A DNA stretch of 64,000 nucleotides from a virus, in IMG/VR virus record IMGVR_UViG_3300019776_000365, positions 26,822-90,821 of that record, one strand, 5' to 3'. Each line of letters begins with the position of its first letter. Position 1 is the first letter of the stretch. Below, in pieces: positions 33,180 to 42,626 of this stretch. A program made the translations under genes and the position numbers. The notes beneath the pieces were generated by a model. It saw nothing but the letters and a program-made list of their open reading frames with translations. It was not told the DNA's origin and did no database searches.

Positions 33180-34344
33180 TTCTTTTTGTTTTAAATAAAA
33201 AATTAATAGTTTTAAATTTCTCTGCTTCGTTTATTTTGTTTTTATGCATTAGATTGTAGAACCTCTCTAACTCTGGTTGATTGTTAGATAATGGTAACTC
33301 CATAAAGAAATTAACCTTACCATCAAAGTACAATGGGCATGTCATACCATTACCACCTTCACGAGAAATCATAATTTCCATAAATCTAATGTTATCCCTA
33401 AACTTATCTATAGAATAACCCATATATTCATGAATATCATGTCTAAATGGGCTAAAGATTCCTAACATAATGTTACAATCTCTTGAGGTCAACTTATTAT
33501 CACCGAGATCCGCTACAGACGGTTTAAGTTTATTAAGCTTTACATTTTCAGTAGATTCACCAGCTAATGCCTGTTGCTGTATTGCCACTGGAATATACTT
33601 ATAATCATCTTTTAGCTCAAGAAAATACTTTGAAGATAGTCTGCTCATAGATTTGTGCAAGTCCTCACCACCCTCTGGTGTTATTAAACCTATGTGGTCT
33701 GTTATAACCAAAACATATTCATCTGGATCATTAGGTTCATAATAGTCATTAACCACAGTGGGGGTAATTTCTCCTGTAGCTTTATCAACTATATTAATAG
33801 TCTTTTTATGCCACTTACCATTAGCTTCTGCATATTTTTTCATGAACTTCATAATACCAGTTGGATTCCTAATATCAGATATAATAGTAATACATTCCTC
33901 AAAGAAATCGTAATACTTTTGATATTCTGGCGAATCCATAATGTCAATTATTTCTTGGCTTAAAGGCTTACCTTTTGTAACTGAGTTTAGTTCTCGCTGA
34001 TCTATTCTAATTTTGCCATGAGATAATTTATATAATAAATGACATAAAAACTGTTTGTATTTTTCTTCTGCTGATATTTCTAAGCTAAAATAAAATATCT
34101 TTAATCTTATCTTATCTGGATTATTAAATGCATAAAAGAATGGGTCATATAAAAACATCTTATCTGCTAATTGAGTCTTACCAACTTTTTGCTGTGCCGT
34201 GACAATTATGTACTTACCCTTCTCTATACCAGGCCATTCTTGACTAAACCTAGGAAAGCTACATGGTATGCAGTTGATCTTACCAGATAAAACTCTTTCT
34301 CTACGCCTAATTAAGTCATCCCTAGTTCTTTCATATAGTGTCAT
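33100..34344 (-). CDS. DnaB-like replicative helicase
   Basis: AQQKVGKT, YFSLE, ITDHIGL, IQQQ, SREG. Confidence 0.85.
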   Translation of the reverse strand: MTLYERTRDDLIRRRERVLSGKINCIPCSFPRFSQEWPGIEKGKYIIVTAQQKVGKTQLADKMFLYDPFFYAFNNPDKIRLKIFYFSLEISAEEKYKQFLCHLLYKLSHGKIRIDQRELNSVTKGKPLSQEIIDIMDSPEYQKYYDFFEECITIISDIRNPTGIMKFMKKYAEANGKWHKKTINIVDKATGEITPTVVNDYYEPNDPDEYVLVITDHIGLITPEGGEDLHKSMSRLSSKYFLELKDDYKYIPVAIQQQALAGESTENVKLNKLKPSVADLGDNKLTSRDCNIMLGIFSPFRHDIHEYMGYSIDKFRDNIRFMEIMISREGGNGMTCPLYFDGKVNFFMELPLSNNQPELERFYNLMHKNKINEAEKFKTINFLFKTKRNEQNSSISKKRFWKIIKFWFNSTIKY

Positions 34345-34529
34345 TTGTTTCTAGTTATAGGTGTTTCATCTATCTCAAGAAGATCTTTATCTGTGCGCAT
34401 TCCATCATTTTCAAATAATGTCCATGTTGAGTCAATAGAAGAATACCACGCAGGTTCCCATGTTGTATATTCTAATTCTCTAATCCAATAATAACCAGAC
34501 TCTCTTTTTATACTATTTGACTCGTCCAT
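34341..34529 (-). CDS. hypothetical protein
   Basis: 62 aa; ends in TGA overlapping the helicase ATG (ATGA). Confidence 0.65.
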   Translation of the reverse strand: MDESNSIKRESGYYWIRELEYTTWEPAWYSSIDSTWTLFENDGMRTDKDLLEIDETPITRNK

Positions 34530-35083
34530 AATTGATTATTCTCCTCATCTTTAATGTTGTCTATATTTTCAATACTTGTTAATAACTCAGAATTACCATC
34601 TTTTATAATAAAATATGGTAGTATCCTCATTAATTGTTTATCATCACCAAAGCTTTTTACATACTTTTCTGTAGCTTTAATTACAATATCGTCATCAAAT
34701 CTACCATAAGCTTTAAAGAATGTATTTAGCTTGTTAATAACACTAGGCTTATTATCACGCCAGTATTTATTAGTGCCATTCTTCTTACCTTGGGGATATA
34801 TATCTTGCAGGCATTTAGCAAGTTCATCTAAAGATTTATTTTTATCTGTATTTTCATCTATAGATTTAATTTCAATATCTTTGATGAATTTAATACCATC
34901 ACCAGTTATATAATATGACTTATCGTATTGTCTCACAAAACCGAGCTTCAATGAATTAGACATATCTAAGTCTGTATTTATATTGGGCTTTAACATTAAA
35001 ATTCTCATAAATAAAAACTCAGATAAATTTACACCACTATCTTTGATTAGTTTTGTGTCAAACTTGAATATATTTTTATCCAT
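34508..35083 (-). CDS. putative replication initiator / helicase loader-associated protein
   Basis: IYPQGKK.GT..YWR, IKAT.KYV, L.YFI.K; lies upstream of the helicase. Confidence 0.55.
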   Translation of the reverse strand: MDKNIFKFDTKLIKDSGVNLSEFLFMRILMLKPNINTDLDMSNSLKLGFVRQYDKSYYITGDGIKFIKDIEIKSIDENTDKNKSLDELAKCLQDIYPQGKKNGTNKYWRDNKPSVINKLNTFFKAYGRFDDDIVIKATEKYVKSFGDDKQLMRILPYFIIKDGNSELLTSIENIDNIKDEENNQLWTSQIV

Positions 35084-35116
35084 TTATGTCATAATTATTT
35101 TATTTATAGTTAGTCT

Positions 35117-35320
35117 TTAGTTCTCTGTAAGATCACGCAACTCTTCCATATATACTTCTGGTATAATATGACTAATTGCCCCTTCGCAAACATCATATAG
35201 ATTGCAACTATCACATGATTTATCACAATGTAATGATATGTTTTCTGCGTTTTGATATAAATCTTCCATAATTATTTTATATTTTTTAAATAAATTTCCA
35301 ATGCTTAGCGTGATATCCAC
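35117..35320 (-). CDS. small Cys-rich protein
   Basis: CDKSCDSC...C. Confidence 0.5.
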   Translation of the reverse strand: MDITLSIGNLFKKYKIIMEDLYQNAENISLHCDKSCDSCNLYDVCEGAISHIIPEVYMEELRDLTEN

Positions 35321-35804
35321 ATTTTTTGCACCTCATATATACTTTTGTTCCGTTTTTAAATTCATATTCGCAATGTTTTTCTTTATAAATCCATTCATGT
35401 TTGCAAAAAATTTGTCTAATGTAATTTACTATTGTTCTCATTGTTTATTTAATTTGATTAATAGTATTAAGAATTGAGTTTTTATTTACAGTAGTCCAAT
35501 TTTCATCAAATGATTTTTTAACTTTTTTGATATTCATAAAAATTATTCAATAACTTTTAATAATTGTAATGATGTTTTTAATGGTAAATTCAAAACACCA
35601 ATTAAACAACCATCATATAACCCGAAATCTAACTCAGCGTTCTGAATAATTTTTAAAACATCTTTTTTATCATTTGTGATATTATTTCGTTTATAAAGAT
35701 TATTAATAACTTTAAAAGAATGAATTACATAATCAATTTCAACACCATCTCAATATTTATGGAACTCAATTTGCTTTCAAGTATTTCTTCTAAATTAATT
35801 TCTT

Positions 35805-36365
35805 TCATAATTTTTTAAACTCAATATATTTACAAATCCAACCAATTAATATACTAAAATTATCAGAACTTAAACTTCTATTTACTTCAGAAGTTAAATT
35901 AAGTTCTTTGTCAATTAATCCTGAATGATATAAAAGATAATGAGATAAAAATTCAATTTGAAAATAATCTTTTTTACAATCATCAACATTGTCCCATTCT
36001 CCATCTATATATTCAATTAGTACTGGCTCTCCACACCAACTTCTAGATATAAACCAATTATTTCTTTCTATAATTGGATATATTAAATTATTAAAAGAAT
36101 TATATAGTGATTTTGATATCTGTTCATTTAAAATTGTAGTAATATTATCAATTGCTTTTTGATCAAACTCATTATAAAAACAATAAGGAATTCCATTAAT
36201 TAAATATATTTCAGCATATTTAAATTTTTTCTTTATTACATTTACAATTTCATAAACTGTTTTACAATTAGAAATATCTGGCACATCTTTCTGATAAGAT
36301 ACATATAATTTTGTTAACTCTAAAACATTCATATCTTTGTCGGAATATAATTCATAATATTGCAA
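35805..36365 (-). CDS. hypothetical protein (start possibly frameshifted at the A-run near 36404-36409)
   Basis: 186-aa ORF with TGA stop. Confidence 0.6.
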   Translation of the reverse strand: MQYYELYSDKDMNVLELTKLYVSYQKDVPDISNCKTVYEIVNVIKKKFKYAEIYLINGIPYCFYNEFDQKAIDNITTILNEQISKSLYNSFNNLIYPIIERNNWFISRSWCGEPVLIEYIDGEWDNVDDCKKDYFQIEFLSHYLLYHSGLIDKELNLTSEVNRSLSSDNFSILIGWICKYIEFKKL

Positions 36366-36408
36366 AATACCAGAAGCTGAAAATCTTATAGTTATTTTAT
36401 TGGTTTTT

Positions 36409-36942
36409 TCATTTCACAAATTGTTTTAGTTTTTCAACATATTTCTTATCACTTGCATATCTCAATCTGAGTCTTTCATAATATTCTTCATTAGTAAGAT
36501 TCTTATAATGACTCATTTGAAGTAATGCATAATCAATTAACGATTCTCTCCAGTTAGCATAATAGGCATAACCATTTAATACTTGATTAGATGTTGTAGC
36601 TCTTTGACCACAACATTTCATTCCAAACATATTATGATTTGTTTTGAATAGATTGCTTCTTAAGCTATCCGTCTCATGTAACACTTGGCTATATACAATT
36701 TCAGGATGTTCAATCTCTAATTTCAAAATTTCATTATAAATTGAATCATATAAAGATTGTTGTATTACGGTTTGTTGTTTAATTTGTTTTGGTTGTTGTT
36801 TTTCTGTTTTTGTTGTCCAATCGTATTCAACAATAAATGGTACCGAAAAACACCACATTATAAAAATAATCATTAACCAATTCTTTTTAATCCAATTCAT
36901 AAATAAATAATTTAATTTAAAATAAATAAGTGTGTAAATCAA
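36409..36942 (-). CDS. membrane-anchored glucosaminidase-like (GH73) peptidoglycan hydrolase
   Basis: TM segment; Q..HET, NMFGMK, YA.Y..WRES, YA.D..Y; likely start ~36900; TGA stop. Confidence 0.75.
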   Translation of the reverse strand: MIYTLIYFKLNYLFMNWIKKNWLMIIFIMWCFSVPFIVEYDWTTKTEKQQPKQIKQQTVIQQSLYDSIYNEILKLEIEHPEIVYSQVLHETDSLRSNLFKTNHNMFGMKCCGQRATTSNQVLNGYAYYANWRESLIDYALLQMSHYKNLTNEEYYERLRLRYASDKKYVEKLKQFVK

Positions 36943-36966
36943 TACACACTTATTTTAGTTATTGTT

Positions 36967-37194
36967 TTAAAATTGTTTTTCAATTGTGTTTGTAATTTCA
37001 GAATTTATTTCTGACATATCTTTTACTAATCTATCAATTGGTAAATAAAACTCATCACCAACTTTATGAAATGAGTTTTCGGTTCTTACTTGGCAATAAA
37101 TTTCATTATCGCCAAAGTAGTCAAAATACACATCAGTAAAGCAATTCCTTCGATGTTCTACAACTCCAATATATGGAAATATTCTTTCTTTCAT
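36967..37194 (-). CDS. hypothetical protein
   Basis: 75-aa ORF. Confidence 0.55.
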   Translation of the reverse strand: MKERIFPYIGVVEHRRNCFTDVYFDYFGDNEIYCQVRTENSFHKVGDEFYLPIDRLVKDMSEINSEITNTIEKQF

Positions 37195-37212
37195 GATTGT
37201 ATTTTATTTAAT

Positions 37213-37455
37213 CTACCAATAAGCAATTGATATAAACATTATTCCTATAATAAATAATAATATAACAAGTGATACCCAAATATTAGTATAATTAATTGTT
37301 GTAGTATTAGAAAATACTGTAGCATAAAGGTAAGTTAAAAACGACACATTATGAAAAGAAGGATTATTTTTCTTGTTAAGTATTATTTCTTTTATTGAGT
37401 AATAACTCCATGCAATAAAAATTAAGACGAATAATGGTATTATTATGTACCTCAT
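37213..37455 (-). CDS. hypothetical membrane protein
   Basis: 80 aa, two TM-like segments. Confidence 0.6.
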   Translation of the reverse strand: MRYIIIPLFVLIFIAWSYYSIKEIILNKKNNPSFHNVSFLTYLYATVFSNTTTINYTNIWVSLVILLFIIGIMFISIAYW

Positions 37456-37860
37456 AACTCTTTTGTTTTTTGTAAATTGTTTTTAATGTTAGGCTTAAAC
37501 TCGCCATCACCTTCTAAGGTAAATAGTCTTTTTCCATACCTAATCCTACCTAGTTGTGTTAGCTTGTTATACCATGATTGCAGCATATTCTCGGCCTTTC
37601 TATTAACAAGCTGTTTTTCTGCTTTTCTAAAAGCATGTCTTATGTTATCTGGGTTTCTTTTATTAAAGTCAATATAACTTTAATTTCATTTTCTGAATAT
37701 TTTGCCATGATTTTAATTGTTTAAAATAAAATATTTACTACCATTTTTGCATTCTTTTATCGTGGAATTGTCTAAAATTTCTTTTAACAAATCTTCTTCT
37801 CCCGAATTATACAATAATGCGAGAGTTTGTTCCATATAAATAATCATAATTTAATTTGTT

Positions 37861-38250
37861 TTATAATGTTAGGTCAAATCGTTTATTACCAATATTGTCA
37901 ATCACTGAGGTGCATTGAATTAATCCACATAATTTCCCAATAGCTCTTTCTATAGGTAATTCATCATCATTTATAATTCCTTTATAAAAAGAAGCAAAGA
38001 ATATTTCTTTTAATTGACCATTATCATCAGCCCAATTATCTTTTATTTTTAGCTGAATATCAAGTAATTTATTAAATACTCCTCTTAAATAATCATGATA
38101 ATTATTATTTTCGTCAGGATTCCATCCATATATTTCTGTAAATAACGATTTTAAAGTTTCAACCCATTTGCCTTTATATGGATATTTTTCTTGCAATTGA
38201 CCTTTTATTAAAAGAATCCATTGTTTTTCATATTTGTCCAATTGTATCAT
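37861..38250 (-). CDS. hypothetical protein
   Basis: 129-aa ORF. Confidence 0.7.
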   Translation of the reverse strand: MIQLDKYEKQWILLIKGQLQEKYPYKGKWVETLKSLFTEIYGWNPDENNNYHDYLRGVFNKLLDIQLKIKDNWADDNGQLKEIFFASFYKGIINDDELPIERAIGKLCGLIQCTSVIDNIGNKRFDLTL

Positions 38251-38269
38251 AATTTTAATCTGTTTTTAA

Positions 38270-38297
38270 ATAGGTGGTGAAGTTAATCACCACCTAT
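38270..38297. terminator. intergenic hairpin, probable terminator
   Basis: ATAGGTGGTGA/TCACCACCTAT 11-bp stem. Confidence 0.55.
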
Positions 38298-38321
38298 AAT
38301 TTGTAATCCTTAACAGTGTTT

Positions 38322-38636
38322 TTATTTATTATTAAATTTCATTATACCAAAATAAAGATTATTTATATCTTCTATAGATAGATTTGACTTTAAACTATTA
38401 AATTTTTTATCACAAGCAACAATATTGCCTGATATATAACCTTTTGAGTTGTCAACTCTATCAATTGAAAAATTACCATTTCCACCATGTTGCAACTTTT
38501 TGTTTGTATAAAGACATCTTTTTTGATTATATACTTTTTTAAACTCTGCAAAAGATACGTCAAATTCAAGCTTTCTTGTTAAAGCTGAGGTCATGATGGC
38601 TTGATATTTTTTGATTATATCTACGTCTGAATGCAT
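38322..38636 (-). CDS. HNH-like / T4 Srd-like protein
   Basis: R.LEF.VSF, C.YT, SIDRVDNSKGY..GNIV.C...N..K. Confidence 0.6.
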   Translation of the reverse strand: MHSDVDIIKKYQAIMTSALTRKLEFDVSFAEFKKVYNQKRCLYTNKKLQHGGNGNFSIDRVDNSKGYISGNIVACDKKFNSLKSNLSIEDINNLYFGIMKFNNK

Positions 38637-38638
38637 AG

Positions 38639-38944
38639 TTATAACTCTTCAAATGTTACACCATATCCTTCATCAAAGCGATTTAGATACGATTTAAGCC
38701 TGTCTTGTTTGCTCATTTTAGACCAAACAAACTTTTTCTCCCAAAATGGGCATTCGTTTGATTGCCAATGATTAATAATATCAGCTTTAATTACTGTTTT
38801 AACACAGCAGTTAAAGTCTTTGGTAGTCTCATAAGTTTTACCACCTGCATAAAAACCATTATGGTTTAAATACATCTCTGTGTGTCTCAATGCGCCTTTT
38901 TTGTTTACTGTTAGAATAATACCTTCAGTCATAATACTTTCCAT
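38639..38944 (-). CDS. hypothetical protein
   Basis: 101-aa ORF. Confidence 0.65.
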   Translation of the reverse strand: MESIMTEGIILTVNKKGALRHTEMYLNHNGFYAGGKTYETTKDFNCCVKTVIKADIINHWQSNECPFWEKKFVWSKMSKQDRLKSYLNRFDEGYGVTFEEL

Positions 38945-39407
38945 GCCCTTGGATTATTAAAGTGGCAAATTCAGTTATTTATCCTGCAATCATATAATTT
39001 TCATGAGACAATTACTGTACTTCATTTCTACTAAGAAAATTATAAAAACAATAATATTTTAATAAATTGATTTAAAAAATTAATAGGCTTAACTTACCTA
39101 TTATGAATAGCTGTTGAGCTATAAAGACTGATTTGTTATTCAAGATCCCATTGTATCAGTAAACGCCTTAAACTTGGCAACACATTCTATTGGTTTGTGT
39201 TTTTGAGATACTTTGTTTATACAAAACAAAGAAAGGTAGATGTTAACTTTAAGTTCATTTCCTTAAAGATCAGATTTATTAACTATAATAATAATCTCAA
39301 CGGCTGTATTTAAACTTGCCTCGATTTTGAATCATCTCAGATATTCCGATATAAATTATAGTATTGTGACTAATAGATATATTCTCTACGATCTATTAGT
39401 CTTAAAG

Positions 39408-39680
39408 TTATTTCTTTTTGTTTTGTTCAAACCAATCATCAAACTTAGTTCCACAAATAATTGAATTTGTACACAACTCGCCTATAGCTTTTGCTATAAG
39501 CAATTTAACTTCTTTTCTTGAATACATACCTTGAGTATGATATTCTTTAGCAAAATCGGATTTAATTGAGTCTTTGGCTAATTGTAATAACTCATATTTT
39601 TTAACATCTTCGTAAGGGTCATACATATCATTAACCAATTTTTCAGCAGCTTTCTCAATATTTTCTAATAACTTTTCCAT
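39408..39680 (-). CDS. hypothetical protein
   Basis: 90-aa ORF ending WFEQNKKK. Confidence 0.65.
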   Translation of the reverse strand: MEKLLENIEKAAEKLVNDMYDPYEDVKKYELLQLAKDSIKSDFAKEYHTQGMYSRKEVKLLIAKAIGELCTNSIICGTKFDDWFEQNKKK

Positions 39681-39744
39681 AATTATTTAATTTAAAAATT
39701 AGTGCCTATAACACATATTCACTACGGTGTTATAGGCTTGTTTT

Positions 39745-40110
39745 TTACTGCACAATATTACATTCAAATGTTATAATAGTATTACCATCTGACAAGATAA
39801 GATAAGTTTGATTATCAATAACCACTATAATCATAGTCAATGGTATTCCAATAATTTTAAAATGATAATAGATGTTGCCTTGATTATCTTCTGTGGTGTT
39901 AGTAAGTTGTATTTGATATACATTGCTACAACCAGGAGATATCCAAGTCATTTTATTACCCTTGAAACTAAAGAAATTAGTTTCATGTTTATCAAATGAT
40001 TCTCCATTTCTTTCAACTACAGATAAGCTGCTCTTATAGTTATATACAGTTTGAGCATAAGTTCCTAATGATAAAATTAATGCAATTACCAAGAATAAAT
40101 ACTTTTTCAT
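39745..40110 (-). CDS. secreted/periplasmic protein
   Basis: Signal peptide MKKYLFLVIALILSLGTYA-Q (Gln after cleavage is typical of Bacteroidota). Confidence 0.7.
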   Translation of the reverse strand: MKKYLFLVIALILSLGTYAQTVYNYKSSLSVVERNGESFDKHETNFFSFKGNKMTWISPGCSNVYQIQLTNTTEDNQGNIYYHFKIIGIPLTMIIVVIDNQTYLILSDGNTIITFECNIVQ

Positions 40111-40120
40111 TTTGTTTGTT

Positions 40121-40357
40121 TTAATCTAACTTTTCAATTTCTTTTTTAACTTCTTGCCAGTAATTTTTCTCTTCATAAGAACCAGACTCCATATACTCCC
40201 AATATGCAATATCAATTATCTCATTAACTGCTATTAATGCACATTGTTTGGATATATGGATTTCATCTTCTGATACATTGTAATCATACTTATCAGCAAT
40301 TCTGATGTAAGTCCTATATTTATTAACTAACTCTACTGCTTTTTCTTTTGGTGTCAT
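40121..40357 (-). CDS. hypothetical protein (paralog of 19600-19830)
   Basis: MTPKEKAVEL...KQCALIAVNEII...YWQEVKKEIEKL. Confidence 0.75.
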   Translation of the reverse strand: MTPKEKAVELVNKYRTYIRIADKYDYNVSEDEIHISKQCALIAVNEIIDIAYWEYMESGSYEEKNYWQEVKKEIEKLD

Positions 40358-40689
40358 AATTATTCGTTATAATGGTTATAATGCGGATTATTAGGTTGAT
40401 TCCTACCATAATCATTTATTGTTATTATCCTCAATAGACTGCATTGCTAAAGATATTTGATTATCAATAGTAATACATTCTATTTCTGGTTTAATATACT
40501 TTTTTATTTGTTAAAAGTCATTGTCATCTTTGTTTAATTCATCGCAAATATTGTTTTTCCACCATTTAGGGAATTTGCGTTTAATCCATTCAAATATTGA
40601 TGGAATTATTGGAGTAAAAACCAATAACGCTATAATAATTGTAAGAATCAAACCAATAACTATATCGTAATTAATTGTTTCCATGTTTA

Positions 40690-41157
40690 TTATAATAAAG
40701 GTTTTGCAATTTCAATTAAATCTCTAAAATTATTAAGAAATTCATCTTTTAATTCCCGTGTTTTGAATGTTAGTACTCGACTATGGCAAAATTCTTCATT
40801 TTTATCAATTCTATTTCTATTATTGATTATAGAGTACTTCGCATCAACACAAGTCCAATCAGGTTGCCAACCATCGTTATATGCTTCTCTCAATTGAAGT
40901 AATTGAGACAATGCTAATGATGCTTCAGCTAACTCTTTTGTTGGTAATGTATTTTTATTTGTATAAAGTGGCTTAAAATGGTATTCTTTTATTTCACAAA
41001 AGTTATTTATATAATAACCATTAATTATTTCTAAATCTTCCCATCTTTTAGGTAATGATTTAACAATAGGTTTAAATACTATATTCTCAAAAGTTGACTT
41101 TTCTTTGTCAATTTCATACCCTTCTGGTATTTCTATTTGAATAGTCCTTGTTTTCAT
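40690..41157 (-). CDS. hypothetical protein
   Basis: IEIPEGYEIDKEKS, QL.QLR.AYN.GW.PDW. Confidence 0.75.
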   Translation of the reverse strand: MKTRTIQIEIPEGYEIDKEKSTFENIVFKPIVKSLPKRWEDLEIINGYYINNFCEIKEYHFKPLYTNKNTLPTKELAEASLALSQLLQLREAYNDGWQPDWTCVDAKYSIINNRNRIDKNEEFCHSRVLTFKTRELKDEFLNNFRDLIEIAKPLL

Positions 41158-41285
41158 AAATTTGTTGTTTTAAAATTAATAATGTCTGATCTTTAGTAAT
41201 AAACACTTTCTTAGTTAAATGGTATTCATTCCAATTGGGAAGTCTATAACCATTTGATGTCTTAATTAAATCAACGTGCAGCATA

Positions 41286-41513
41286 TTACTCTTGAGTTAA
41301 TGTAATACTTTCACCTTTTAATAATTTCCTGCCTATAATATCAACGTCATGAGTCCAAACTTTAATTGGTTCTGATAATGATACAAATCTATCATATGTT
41401 TTTAATATTACATGGATTTCTTTGTTTAATTCAATCTCCATCATTTCACCAATTTTTAATTTCGTAGAACTAAATTTTTCTTCTAAATTGTAATTTCTTT
41501 CAAGTATTGACAT
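41286..41513 (-). CDS. hypothetical protein
   Basis: 75-aa ORF. Confidence 0.6.
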   Translation of the reverse strand: MSILERNYNLEEKFSSTKLKIGEMMEIELNKEIHVILKTYDRFVSLSEPIKVWTHDVDIIGRKLLKGESITLTQE

Positions 41514-41598
41514 AATATATATTGTTTTAAATTAATAATTCAAAGGTAAGAGATAATTACATCTATATAATGGGTTTCAACCATTACCTTGGCTTCTC

Positions 41599-41707
41599 GG
41601 CATATAAATGTAATTACCTGATTAGTAGAATAACTGTTTCACAACAGTAGTAGATTGGCATATAAATATACCTAAGTAGAATAACTCTTCACAGAGTAAT
41701 GTAGATT
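41599..41707 (-). repeat. imperfect tandem duplication of a ~51-58 nt hairpin-containing motif
   Basis: GGCATATAAAT..TACCT..AGTAGAATAACT[hairpin]GTAGATT occurs twice; stems covary around a GUGA loop (- strand). Confidence 0.75.
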
Positions 41708-41777
41708 AAGTTTGCGCTTACCTCGAACTACGACGTTCAACAATAGGCCTTAAAACCTAACCAGATAAGCATTGTTT

Positions 41778-42005
41778 TTACTCTTCAATACATAAAATAC
41801 TAAAGCATTTTGTATTGTCTTTAGTTACACCTGATTGAAAGAATTCATTTTCAGTTCTTTTCACGCCAGATGTTCCAGCAGCATGTAAGTTGCCCCAGCC
41901 ACCAAGTTCTTTTTCAATTGTTTTGTCAATTGTATCAACATTTCTTTCTAAGTGGTGAATTGTGTTTGTAGTTCTTTCCACGATTGTAACATAATACTTT
42001 ACCAT
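41778..42005 (-). CDS. hypothetical protein
   Basis: 75-aa ORF. Confidence 0.6.
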   Translation of the reverse strand: MVKYYVTIVERTTNTIHHLERNVDTIDKTIEKELGGWGNLHAAGTSGVKRTENEFFQSGVTKDNTKCFSILCIEE

Positions 42006-42037
42006 GATTTTAAGGTTTTAAATTTAAATTAAGTTTG

Positions 42038-42195
42038 TGTAGATGACAGGATTCGAACCTGTAACTAAGAGTTGCGTGGGCTATACCTTTAAAGAGGTTT
42101 TCAGGATTGACTATTGAGCCAGTACATTCCCGTACTACAACTATTCCCTACTTTTTAATTACTACCGCTGCGTCTACCAATTTCGCCACATCTAC
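42038..42195 (-). ncRNA. tRNA-like RNA with a ~107-nt insert in place of the anticodon/variable arms
   Basis: Acceptor GTAGATG/CATCTAC-A, Leu-type D region TGGCGAAATTGGTAGACGC, T arm ACAGG-TTCGAAT-CCTGT. Confidence 0.7.
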
Positions 42196-42292
42196 ATTTA
42201 AAAAACAATCCCAACAAGGTTGCACCTTGCAAAATATTGCGTTCCCAATTAGTTTGACAATATAATCCTACAATTGGATTGGAATTGTTTTG

Positions 42293-42367
42293 TGCCACAA
42301 TACAGAATCGAACTGTTTAACTCATATTATTTAGAGTCGTCATGCTGTTAAGCCCAACTATTGTGGC
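42293..42367 (-). ncRNA. degenerate tRNA-like element
   Basis: Acceptor GCCACAA/TTGTGGC-A, D arm GTTG/CAGC, T loop TTCGATT; no canonical anticodon arm. Confidence 0.5.
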
Positions 42368-42374
42368 AAATAAA

Positions 42375-42626
42375 TTAATACTTCAATACTCTTATAATTT
42401 TAATACTATCATATTGTACTTCACAATCCTTATAAGCCACATCTAACGCCATAGCTTCAGAACAACTGTCTTTATCAGTCTCTAAACTACAGTGATGTTT
42501 AATGACTTCAGGATTTCCATAATAGTTAGTTGAATAACTATTGTATTCAACCATATAATCAGTATAAGTAGGTGTGCAACTAGCCATTCCTAGAACAACT
42601 AATGCAATTAATATCAAATTTTTCAT
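42375..42626 (-). CDS. putative lipoprotein
   Basis: MKNLILIALVVLGMAS-C lipobox. Confidence 0.7.
   Translation of the reverse strand: MKNLILIALVVLGMASCTPTYTDYMVEYNSYSTNYYGNPEVIKHHCSLETDKDSCSEAMALDVAYKDCEVQYDSIKIIRVLKY

Noticed and set aside
35440-35808. Possible TGA-containing ORF on the - strand
   Set aside because: Needs a frameshift as well and has no recognisable motif; looks degraded, so it is not evidence of recoding on that strand.
41599-41707. Mini CRISPR array
   Set aside because: Only two adjacent imperfect copies, no spacers, no cas genes.
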